A stretch of 64,000 bases of DNA from Takakia lepidozioides (Eukaryota; Plantae; Bryophyta): NCBI GenBank assembly GCA_030704615.1, contig CM060731.1, forward strand, positions 94,240,001-94,304,000. The letters run 5' to 3'. The notes beneath the pieces are model-generated. The model did no database searches, was not told the origin of the DNA, and saw nothing but the letters and a program-made list of their open reading frames with translations. A program made the position numbers and the translations under genes. Shown here one piece after another: positions 1-10,117 of this stretch. How positions within the stretch are numbered: the stretch's first letter is position 1; each line of letters begins with the position of its first letter.

Positions 1-860
1 TTGTTGCAACTGGCTATCCCACAAGAGGCCAGGTCCACCATCCCGAAAAGCATGGGATCTTGGGAAGTTGAGCAGTGTAGATGATGTTGCTCGTGGTTGA
101 CCCACCCTGTTGACCACTGCCAAAGGCGTCATCGTGTCTCACACGTTGAGACTGCCTCCCTGTATCAAAATGTTATCCACTGCGAGGTGTGCTGGCCGCT
201 GCACCCCATCAAATGCACGCTTGAGCAGTGCGGGTGGCATCAAGTTAGTCCACCATAGCCGTGGACGATGAGCCCATGACCCCACTGCAGTTGCATCCAG
301 TAACACTGCTGACCCAAGCCACGACCGGACTTGATGCACACTGGCTATCACCCTGGCCCGAGAATCACCCATCAGTGGCACATTCTCCAAGATGTATGCT
401 GGAGATACAGCTTGATGAAGCTGCAAGTGGCGCAAAATCCGCACCATCTCCCAAAACAGACCCGTCCTCGAGTCTCGCAATCCATTGCCATGCCCGGCTG
501 ATGAATGCCCTTGGCAGGGCCAACCTGCCCACTACCAGATCAATGGAACCAACCCGCTCCAATCCTGTGCCCCAGCAACGAAATGTCTGCTAGCAAGGCT
601 TGTTGGTATCCACGAACTGCAGACATTGGCAACAAATCAGGGTACTGCTGTACCAACTAAGCAACATGGCGCAGTGAGACGCGTCGTGCAGTCTCATCCC
701 TCTCCACATACAGGTAACGTCAAACTCGTACACCTGCCTGCAGTACTGCAGCCAATCCAGTGCTGATCCCGCCAAACAAGTCCAGAAGGCATATGCCTTC
801 ATCCGAGCACTGCCACACAAGAGGTGTGGTGTCCAATGGCGACAACTGAGGTGGTTCTGG
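1..860 (-). pseudogene. DNMT3/DRM-like C5-cytosine DNA methyltransferase domain within an LTR-retrotransposon polyprotein (frameshifts and stops; runs off the window)
   Basis: Motifs occur in canonical order: I LLDLFGGISTG (~760-795), II YLYVERD, III ADIS, IV IDLVV.GWPCQGHS (PCQ at 511-519, in frame with ORF 139..480), DSRTGLFWEMVRIL, VI YILENV, VIII RPRLWWTNL, then a TRD-like ...FPRSHAFRDGGPGLLWD at 1-125. There is a TGA at 720 and several frameshifts. Confidence 0.88.
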
Positions 861-1081
861 TGCAATCACCGCACTCTCCTCTTCTCCTGACGGCACGAAG
901 GCCTCTACCCAAGCTTGTTGTACCCGTCCATCAGCAGCCTGCTGCAAATCCTTGCTCGTACCCCATAATGGAGTGTGAGCAACCATGGCAGGCAACTCCG
1001 CCGTACCATGCATGTCATCCTGCTCTGCTGGAGGGTGCACATCCTGCATGGGCATTGCCTTCCAGCAATTCTCCAGGCCAA

Positions 1082-2011
1082 CTAACTGCAGCTGTAAAGG
1101 CGGCTAGTGTTGACAGCTTGCCCCGCTGGGCAGCCACAATACCCCCAATGAATGTCACAGGGAGTTGTGCACGACGGATCCCCTGACTGCCATCCAGGCC
1201 TGTAGGATGCTGACTCCTCCCAAAAGTCCAGGGTGAAGCCCATGGGATATAACACTGCCCCACCAACAAGGACATCATAAGAGACCGCGTCTGTCACAAT
1301 GGCCTTGGCTCGCATCACTGAGCCATCTACAGGATGATCTGGTTGTAGTCCAATGGCCAACTCACGCCGTGTCATGCCCCGAGCCTGCTCTGATCCTCCC
1401 AGAGATGTCTGTATCTGGAAAGGACAAGGCTCCATATCTGCCTCCATGAGGCCCAAACCTACAATAGCAGCTCTGCCCAACATCAGTGGCTGAGCTCCTG
1501 AGTCCAACAAGACCCGCAGTGGCCAGTACTTCTTGCCTGTCGGTCCACTCAAAGTGAAAATGCCTCCCTGGTTGTCTAACAAGACAACTCCAGGTGTCAC
1601 CATGGCACGCTCAAAGGCTGGCCTAGCTGACAGCTCCGTCAACCTGGCAGCTGCAGCTTGACATGGCGCAGCCGTGGCAGTCTTGACCCTCAAATCCGAG
1701 TATCCCTCTGCCACTACACCTTCCAATAACTCCGCAGAAGATGAAGTGACCTCCCCACTTTCGCAGAGTGTTGCTGCTAGTCTAAACATTGCAGCTGGTC
1801 TTACCCCCGGCGTCACAATCATGGTTGCCAAGAACAGTGGGGCTTGACACACAGAGGTGGCTGCCCCCAATAACACACCGGCTGCACTAGCCTTGGTAGC
1901 AGGTGTCAGTGCTGCACGTGTAGCTCTCCCCAATGGCATAGTAACCTTCGCCTCGGTAACAGTCGGGCGAGAACTAGGTGCCATGGATGGCGTCGACACT
2001 GTCTCCGCCAA
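1082..2011 (-). pseudogene. pol: Retropepsin (aspartic protease) region of an LTR retrotransposon gag-pol
   Basis: ORF 1082..2011 contains LRVLLDSGAQPLMLG (DSG active site) and YDVLVGGAVL (DxLxG motif). It is on the same strand as the MTase and directly upstream of it. Confidence 0.85.
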
Positions 2012-2339
2012 TGTGAATTACTAAGGAAGCCTCACCTGACGGCTTGCCTCCCCACGCTATGGATCCAATTCCACCTCTGCACCTCGTGGCTCAGGAACTC
2101 GTGCTGCTCCTCGAGTCACGGCTGCAGCAAGACTCACCTGCACTAGTGGTAGTGCTGCTCCGCACATGAATCCCATGCCTCCCATATCTCCTCCCTCAGG
2201 AGCAGGAGGTGGACCATCCCACCTGGGAGCCGGTACCACCTGAGCTGTAGCCATGGCAGTGAGCCTCTGCTCTAGCTGCTGAAGCCGGTTGGCCATGTCT
2301 TGGTCAACACCCTGACCTCAGATATGACTTGTCAGCCTG

Positions 2340-4520
2340 GCTGTGACGTGGCGCCTGAACAGCTGTGGGGGTAGTCATACACGCTTGCTTTACAGAATGA
2401 CTGAACGGGTCCATGTCAGCCGCTGTGTAAGAGAGACACGTGTTCTCTACAGAACACGCCACGTGTCAGACTGCGACGCCATCCCGACTGCAGAGGAGGG
2501 AATCAGACGTCAGCATGTGTCGCAAACGTGATTTTGACACGTGGTTCATCATGTCAATTGACACGCGTCGCTGTGGGGGGGGGGTTTGGGGATTTAATTT
2601 ATTGTTATAATAATAATAATTATAATAATTATAATTATTATTATTACTTTTGACCAACAGGGGACAGTGGCACATTATTAAATAACGAATTTTTGAAATT
2701 ATATTCTTAGATAAAATATTTATTCGCTCAGATACCAAAACACATCCTTACGGGGAAGGAGAGTTTGCCTTAGTGCCTATGCTGAATTGCGTCTGCTACT
2801 CTCTGTAATCTAACAAGCATTCACCTTTTTGCCTTTGTTGTCCTACCATTGACTGGGGTCAGAAAAGTTCATTCCACAGCTTCTCCTCATCTCTGTTACC
2901 TGTTTATGGATACTCTAATTCTATTCAAGGCTACTGTGATGGGCAACTTTTTAAGTTTTTTAACCTTCTTGCAAACCCTATAAGCAATTTTTTTATTTTT
3001 TTATTTTATTTTTTTTAAAGGAAGCCTCAGGCCCTTGAGGAGGGGGGAAAAATTAACCCCTTTCATTTGGGCCATGAGACCTACAGGACGATCAACGCCC
3101 AAACATATCGTCACGAACAATCCCACACACGGGGCAAGGCAGCGGATTTGAACCCGAACCACCGGGGCGACGCACTGTGCACCTCCAGCCGATGTGCTGT
3201 TTTTTCAAATCTTTTGCACTTTGATTTTTTTTTAAAAATAAATCATTCTAGTGGTTAGAGTCTCCGACATTTTTTCAAAATTTAAATACTGATATATTTT
3301 ATATATAACCAGAAAAGCATGTGTCGACACGTGCAGTCATGTAGTGATTCATCCATGTGATGATCTGGCAGAATGCATTAGAGTGAGAGTCGTGAAGTCA
3401 TATGTCCGTCTAGCAATTTGCGCACGTCATTCCAGTGTAGGTATGACCGTGACTGGTAGTCATATCTGCCATGCCAATATTCGTGGTCAAGCATGTTTGA
3501 TCTGTGTTGCGCAGAGTCCGGAGTCATGCACATACTTTTCTGACCCCAGTCAATGGTGGGACAACTGAGGTAAAATCTTCATGAACTTAAGGCATGAGTG
3601 GCTGATTGTTTCATTTCAAACCTGATATGCTTTGAGCCTGGTTCCGGAGATTTATCTCCAGACCTGCAATCTGCTTTTGTGATGAGTTTACAATCTGCAT
3701 ATATGGTGGTAAATGTTATATATCAAACCAAGGTTTTTTCCTAAATGTGAATGACCTGGAAACCTTGTTAGAAAGATGAATGGCTTACGAATTGGACTAT
3801 GTATGGCTTGACCCATGGATTAAATTTCAAAGGGTTAGAACATGTGTTAGGGTTTTAATACTGAATGGATGTGGGACATTGCTAGGGCGCCAGAGCATGA
3901 CATTCCATGCATTCATGCCATTGGATGCCAAATTGTTTTTGGCACGTTGGACCAAGGTTTGTATGCGTTCACGAACTGCCGACCTTGCTCGTTGCCCGGT
4001 TGACCTTATTTTCCATAATTGCTAACTTTGTGGGGTGGAGGGGCTTGTGTTAGGCTGCAACTGGAGGCACCTCTCCATGCAATAGTTTTTGTACTAGAGG
4101 TGAGCATGCATGCACATGTTGGCTATCAGTTCTGTACAATGTGGCCATTTACATGTTGGGTACTTCAAACTATTAGTAGATGCATTGCTAAATGTAACTG
4201 CTAAGGGGTGTTGGGCGTGATGTTTGCAGGCTGAGAAAGCCACTCTTGATATTGCCACCGACAGTGCACCAACTACGGCGCCTTCAAAGGCAACCCCCAA
4301 ATATCAACCCCCTGCCATAGTGGCAGATATTCTTATGCTACCAAAAGTACTCTGCACTTTGAGTGATTGCTTATACTGGACGGTCCTCATTATCTAGTTT
4401 TCAATGTACATGTAAGTCTTCATGGGTTGATTAATGTGGGTTTTATGGTGGGTGCTATGTGCAGTTTAAGTTGAAGGACAAAATCAGCCTGTATGATCCT
4501 CATTTACCACGACACATGGC
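2340..4520. mobile_element. Rearranged fragment of the PPR/PDF Pack-CACTA family
   Basis: 3533-4520 is a near-identical direct copy of 58376-59362. 2936-3245 is an inverted copy of 51945-52247. 2843-2900 is an inverted PDF-motif exon. GACACGTG-rich motifs at 2343-2570 resemble those at 36420-36640. Confidence 0.7.
2936..3245 (-). repeat. ~300-bp dispersed repeat with a tRNA B-box-like motif (SINE-like); second copy at 51945-52247 (+)
   Basis: Reverse-complement match to 51945-52247, with a GGTTCAAAT/ACCC T-loop-like motif and A-rich flanks. Confidence 0.55.
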
Positions 4521-4532
4521 TGCTTGTGGCAT

Positions 4533-5483
4533 CTACGACTTCAAATGGCATTTCTGCCACAAATCTGTCATGACTGCGCAGCCATGGGAGTCATAAAAGC
4601 TGCAATATGTTGTAGTGAAGGAGTCACCCTCCCACCGGGTTTTCTTGTGATTCAGCTTCGTACGGCCTTGTCTTTCGCCCCTAGGGACATCCGAGAAACA
4701 TTCAACCCTTTCAATTGCCTCGTTCAAAGTCTTAGGTGGCTTCTCCTCCAACTTCCGCCTGGCCCATAGGGCCAGTCCCGCCATAAAGTTGAAGCCCATT
4801 TCTGGTTCCGCCATATCCGCGACTTTGAGTAACAGCTTATTGAAAGCCTGAACATATCCCCGAATGTCATCTGTTTGCTTCAAATTCCTCATCTTGTCTC
4901 GGGCGAGCCTGGACGCATTGAGGGGCACAAATTGTTTTTTCATAAGTTTCTTGAACCCACTCCAGCTCAAGGTTTCTGGGTTTGGACCTTGGTCATGAAA
5001 GCGTTTCTGCCACCATTGTTGAGCATAGCCCCTCAAATAGGTGGGAGCCACTTCCACCCAATCCTCGTCACTCAACTTGGCCGCTCGGAAGTACTGCTCT
5101 AGCTCCAAAAGCCAGGTGTTGAGTGCCTTCCAATTTCGGACGCCCTCGAAGGTGCCAGGTTCCTTAGGCTTCACCTTAAACTTTGCCTTACTGGAAGTGG
5201 CATTCGCCGCCTTCAACACGTCATTCAACGTCCCGCCAAACTGCGCCAACAACCCTTCCCAAAAGGCTGTTGGCATGGGAGACATCTGTTGGTCTGGCGG
5301 AGCCTCTGGGAAGTCCTCGGGCTCTGACTCCCAAAATTCCTCCCTTCCTTGTGCGGCCTTGCTTTCAGAAGCATGAATTGCCTCTTTCGATTGCCGCTTC
5401 AGTGACACGTCGCCCCCATCGGGCTCACCCGCATCATCATCTTTCGGGCCGTTCCGCTTTCGCTTTGTCTTGCCCAACCCCAT
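4533..5483 (-). CDS. gag: Gypsy family G1 Gag (Retrotrans_gag), 3'-truncated
   Basis: KVKPKEPGTFEG..WLLELEQYF..YLRGYAQQWW..WSGFKKLMKKQF..LKQTDDIRGYVQAF. Begins just after a Met-i PBS. Confidence 0.9.
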   Translation of the reverse strand: MGLGKTKRKRNGPKDDDAGEPDGGDVSLKRQSKEAIHASESKAAQGREEFWESEPEDFPEAPPDQQMSPMPTAFWEGLLAQFGGTLNDVLKAANATSSKAKFKVKPKEPGTFEGVRNWKALNTWLLELEQYFRAAKLSDEDWVEVAPTYLRGYAQQWWQKRFHDQGPNPETLSWSGFKKLMKKQFVPLNASRLARDKMRNLKQTDDIRGYVQAFNKLLLKVADMAEPEMGFNFMAGLALWARRKLEEKPPKTLNEAIERVECFSDVPRGERQGRTKLNHKKTRWEGDSFTTTYCSFYDSHGCAVMTDLWQKCHLKS

Positions 5484-5538
5484 GATGAGGCCGATCTCAA
5501 GGATGATCGCGTACTGAACTCTAAGCTCTGATACCAAG

Positions 5539-6271
5539 TGTCGCGCACCTCACTTCGGTAAGCTCCCCTTCAAGTCATAGTTACTCACTTTGATGCGCGC
5601 GCCTAACTCCCAAACTGGCCACCGGGCCAACTCGGACCTTTGGCTGCTCACCGGGACATAACGGTCCCCCTTTGCTCCTCCAATAGACCCTCTCTCAATT
5701 TGGGCATAGTGGAAATTCTTTTTGGTTGTTGGCAGTCCGGAACAGCTCCCCACACTTTGGTCGCTTTCTGGCTCGCACGCTTACTCACTAGTTTTTGGTC
5801 ACCAACGGGCTTGCACCGTTCTCGGGGGTTACTACTCCCTATACATACTTCTGTGACTGTCCGCGGGGGTTTCACAAACAACCCAGTCATTTTGGCGAAC
5901 CACCACGAAAACCCTCGGTTCCGGTGATGAGTCGCGATGAGTCTTGGCCCACCCACCATGGCCCCATTGGGCCGTGATGAGTCCCAAGACTCCCCACGAC
6001 TCCCACCACAAGGTTTCCGCCCCATGGTGAGTCCTATGCCACCCCCACTAGGACCCACTAGGACCCACTAAGCTACCACCATCCCTCGTGGAACCACCCC
6101 CACCGCAACCCGGTGTGCGGGGCTCCACCTAGTGAGCGCCTCCGCCTCCTTGAGTTCCTTGGGCACTCAAGGGTGCTTCGGCCCCCGTACCTATTGTTGC
6201 CACTACCCCCACTACAGGGGCAGCCCCTCTTGTGTCCCGACCCCCTGCCCTCAAGGCAAAGGGCCGTGATA
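5539..6271 (-). repeat. 5' LTR of family G1 (minus) with tRNA-iMet PBS at 5525-5536
   Basis: Ends ...GCGCGACA next to TGGTATCAGAGC. The 5' end TATCACGGCCC matches TGTCGCGGCCC of the copy ending at 35765. Confidence 0.85.
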
Positions 6272-6287
6272 GTAGGGAGTCGTAATA

Positions 6288-7140
6288 GGGGTGGCATAGG
6301 ACTCACCATGAAGCTGAGGCCTTGTGGTGGGAGTCGTGGGGAGTCTTGGGACTCACCACGGTCCATTGGGGCCGTGGTGGGTGGGCCAAGACTCACCACG
6401 GCTCACCGCTGGGATGATCGAGGGTCTAAGTAGTGGTGCACCAGATTTGGACTTGGCTACTTGTGGAACCCCCGCAGACATCTACAGAAGTATATATAGG
6501 GAGTATTAACCCCGAGAACGGTGCAAACCCGTTGGTGACCAAAAATTAGTGAGTAAGCGTGCGAGCCGGAAAGCGACCAAGGTGTGGGGAGCTGTTCCGG
6601 ACTGCCATCTACCAAAGGGAATTTCCATTGAGCCCGACAGGTCGAGGGTCGAGTGGGAGTGTGAGGGGGACCATTATGCCCCGGTGAGCAGCCGAAGCTC
6701 CGAGTTGGCCCGGCGGCCGGTTTGGGAGTTAGGCGCGCGCATCAAGGCGAGTACTATGACTTGAAGGGGAGTTTACCGAAGTGAGGTGCGCAACATTTGG
6801 TATCAGAGCTTAGAATTCAGTACGCGATTGTCCTTAGATCAGCCTCACCATGGGGTCGGGCAAGACAAAGCGAAAGCGGAACGGCTCGAAAGACGATGAT
6901 CCTGATGAGCCCGGTGGGGGCGACGTGTCACCGAAGCGGCAAATGGAAGAGACGATTTATGCTTCTGAAAGCGAGTCCGCTCAAGAACGGGAGGAATTTG
7001 GGGGAGTCGGAGCCCGAGGACTTCAAGGCTCCGCCAGACCAACAGATGTCTCCCATGCCAGCAGCCTTTTGGGAAGGGTTGTTGGCGCAGTTTGGCGGAT
7101 GTTGAAAGACGTGATGAGGGCGGCTAATGCCACTTCCACT
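6288..7140 (+). mobile_element. gag: Second G1 copy in opposite orientation: partial LTR (to 6795), PBS 6798-6809, frameshifted gag start
   Basis: Reverse complement of ~5195-6050. TGGTATCAGAGC is followed by MGSGKTKRKRNG. Confidence 0.85.
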
Positions 7141-7793
7141 AAGGGCTCCAAGTATTTTAGGGTCACCCCAAAATGACTATCCTAAAGCTAAAAGCCGAGA
7201 CCCGTCAATGAACATGACAACACCAGTTTGTACTGTGAGGTTTTTCTTTGTAATTCAAGTCATACAAGCCTAGAGGTAGAGGTGACGAAGACATCTATGC
7301 TACAATCCACCCAAAAAGGCTCTTGCAGGTTGTCATTTTAGGTCATTTTCTTGACCACATTCATTTGAAAAACTACATATATACACCTCGAAATCATGAG
7401 CAAATAATGAGGGCCATTTGAAAAATGACAAGTGAAAAATTCCCAAACAGGATGAAGTTAATGCATTAAGGTAATATAAGGCCTAGAGCCTTTACCAACC
7501 CATAATCAAGAGAATTTTTTGATGTCTTGGGGTTGTGCCAGTAGGTAAAAGGTTGTCATGTACAAGATGACTTACCATGTAATGATAGTACTTTCAATGA
7601 CATACTCGTGACCATGAATGAATGAAAAATGAACTATTGGATGAAAATTACATGAATGAATGAAAAATGAACCATTGGATGAAAATTGCAGGAATGAATG
7701 AAATTCGGGCGAGGTTTCAATTGTTTCTTGACAGCCCTCGCCCCCGCCTCTTCTTGATCTTGGCCATACTGATCTCCCTCCGCCCAGGCTCCC

Positions 7794-8329
7794 TCTTATG
7801 TACCTGGGATTGAACCCGTAGCAGTTGAAGGATAATTATTAAAGGAACGGGTTCTTACCATGGTGAACATGTCAGGAACGATGGGATGATTAACGTGAAA
7901 GGGTATGAGCTGGCAAGCAATGACAGGGGGCTGAAACAGTGACCATGCTTCAACATGGAAGGTGAAAAGAGGAAAAATGAAGAAGCACGGCAGAGCAGAA
8001 AAGGAGGTTGAGAGAAAGAGGAAGATGATCGATCTGCACTGCCCTATGTTGATAGAATGTGAAGATGCACGGTGTGGTGGAGGGGCGGACTGGACATAGT
8101 ATTCCAGTATTGTGCATAGGCAGAATGGCATGAGATGAGTACATAGGTTGACAACGAGATCTTTCGAACGAGGAGCCAGGCCAGAGTAGGATTGACGGAT
8201 CGATCCGTAAATTTGTAAAGAGGAAAGTGGAATAAGAAAAGGGCCTTGGCTGGATTTCAGATATAGATGTGAGTCTGGTTGGATCAAATTGTGGACAATA
8301 ATTGGGAAGAAGAGAGAGGGAACATAGCA
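7794..8329 (+). repeat. 5' LTR of chromovirus
   Basis: Direct repeat of 12933-13482; termini TCTTATGT...ACATAGCA. Confidence 0.92.
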
Positions 8330-8330
8330 T

Positions 8331-9806
8331 TTGGTATCAGAGCGGTTCGAGTCTGTTGGACCTGAGGCGCATGAGTCAGTTGACTTACGGAAGCGGCAGT
8401 TCTCGATTGAGGCGCAAGAGCGTGGAGATGGTCGCAACAGAGCGTCTAAATTTAGAAGTGGCGGCTGGATCTCGACCTGCAGATCAGATTGTGGAAGAGG
8501 AGATCCAGGTAAAGCCGTTGGTGATCCTCCTGCTAATAATGAGGCAAATTTCATGACACCTTTGATGGTGCAAGCAGCCATAAAAGAAGGCATACAGGCT
8601 GCCGTGAAGGAATTGGCAGGAATTAAAATGTCTGGGGCACAGTTAGTACATCAGTCAGTGCAACCTAGTGCCGTTCTAGATGAGGGTTGCCAGAGACAAG
8701 TGAATGTTGGCCAATCCGTTGATGCACAGAGAGACCCTGCGATGAGGACTAGAAATTCTAGGGGTTCTCGAAGGGAAAGATCCCCTTCCAAATCTACTTC
8801 GTCACGGGAAAGTCATGGAGGCCTTACTCGTGTTGAGAAAATGCGGACAGTGGACAGAGAAATTAGGAAGATGGTGAGGTTACCAGAATTCCACGGCCGT
8901 TCAGTTACACCCTGTACAGAGGTCCTTTCATTCCTGGAAACGCTTGAGGAATTTTTCAGCGAGGATTACACTGACGCTGATAAGATTCGGACAACATCCT
9001 TACAGATGAGAGGTAAGGCAAAAGAATGGTGGATAAGAATGAAGGGAAACCCAGAGATGGTTGTAAATAACTGGGTGAAGTTTCGGCGATTGTTCACTGA
9101 ACAATATATGCCAAAAGATCATGCTCATAAAATGAAAATGGGGTTTATGGAACTTGATCAAGGGAGGATGAGCGTTGCAGATTATAAGATCAAGTTCGAT
9201 GAGCATGCCTCTTATTTCTCATCCTTGAAGGAAGCAGATAGGATTGACTTCTTCTTGAAGGAATTGGACAAGTCCATTAGGTTTTTGGTCCAGGCACATG
9301 AGCCAAAGACTGAAAATGAGGCCTACAGATTGACTACTACTTTTGAGAGTCAGAGTAGGGCACACTTTGCTGCAAGTGCGCCTGGGGAAAGAGAATATAG
9401 GCCAAATAGATTCTCTTTTGTCGCGGACAAGACGAAGAAGTGGAAGAGGCCTAATAAGAAATTCACAAGACCAACAGTCCCCTAGGTTCAGAAGTGTCGA
9501 CCTCAAACAGTGACCAAGCGTCTGACAAAAGAGGAGAATGAGACTCACAGACGTTTGGGCCTTTGCTTTATTTGCCATAAGAAGAACCACAGAGCCTTTG
9601 ATTGTCCTGACAGGTTAGGCCAGGTCCAATCTGCGGCAGTTGTGGTTCAGGAGGTGGAAGATCAGAAGATGGATGTTGACGAACATGCAGGGTTTGATAA
9701 GGGGAAGCAGCAATTGAGGATATCAGCTGTAGTGATGAATGATAGGATTGATTACAACCCTAATGTCATCAGGCTTGAAGGTTGTGTAGGCTGCCAGTCT
9801 GAATGA
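8331..9806 (+). pseudogene. gag: Gag with CCHC zinc knuckle (in-frame stop at 9483-9485)
   Basis: LPEFHG..MRGKAKEWW..LDQGRMSVADY, followed by CFICHKKNHRAFDC. Confidence 0.9.
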
Positions 9807-10117
9807 CCGACCGCTTGGTAAGACTCATGTGACAGCACATTCCCGGCATGCAACCTGAGTATCCACTTGCATCAGCCACTACATACCAATGATGGCGTCG
9901 TACCTTGAGCTGTCCCAAACTTCAAAATCGACCTTTGTCTCCATCCCCTGCATCTCAACTGAGACTCCCAACACTCTGCTATTCGTAAATCCAGTACTCC
10001 CATCATGAAGCAAGATGGTGCTCGGTTCTGCCATCACTGCTTGTAAGATCTTGCCTTTGTTAGCTAGCCTTTGAGATAGAAAATTGTGAGAACTTCCAGG
10101 ATCGATAAGGATGGTCG
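9802..10117 (-). pseudogene. Protease domain of the chromovirus, inverted in place
   Basis: The minus strand reads [20 protein letters not shown]...YDAIIGM*WL. Re-inverting gives the in-frame join GCQS-ATILIDPG. Confidence 0.85.

Larger units (their letters stand above)
1..2330 (-). mobile_element. Truncated Ty3/Gypsy-like LTR retrotransposon fragment: gag tail, protease, C5-MTase
   Basis: Collinear minus-strand ORFs 2057..2296 (AAAVTRG-type gag/PR linker), the protease and the MTase. No LTR is visible in the window. Confidence 0.7.

Noticed and set aside
7796-8593. 265-aa minus-strand ORF, and similar ORFs inside LTRs (12994..13629, 24430.., 25396.., 26424..)
   Set aside because: These are antisense readings of purine-rich LTR sequence with no domain features, and they recur only because the LTRs do.
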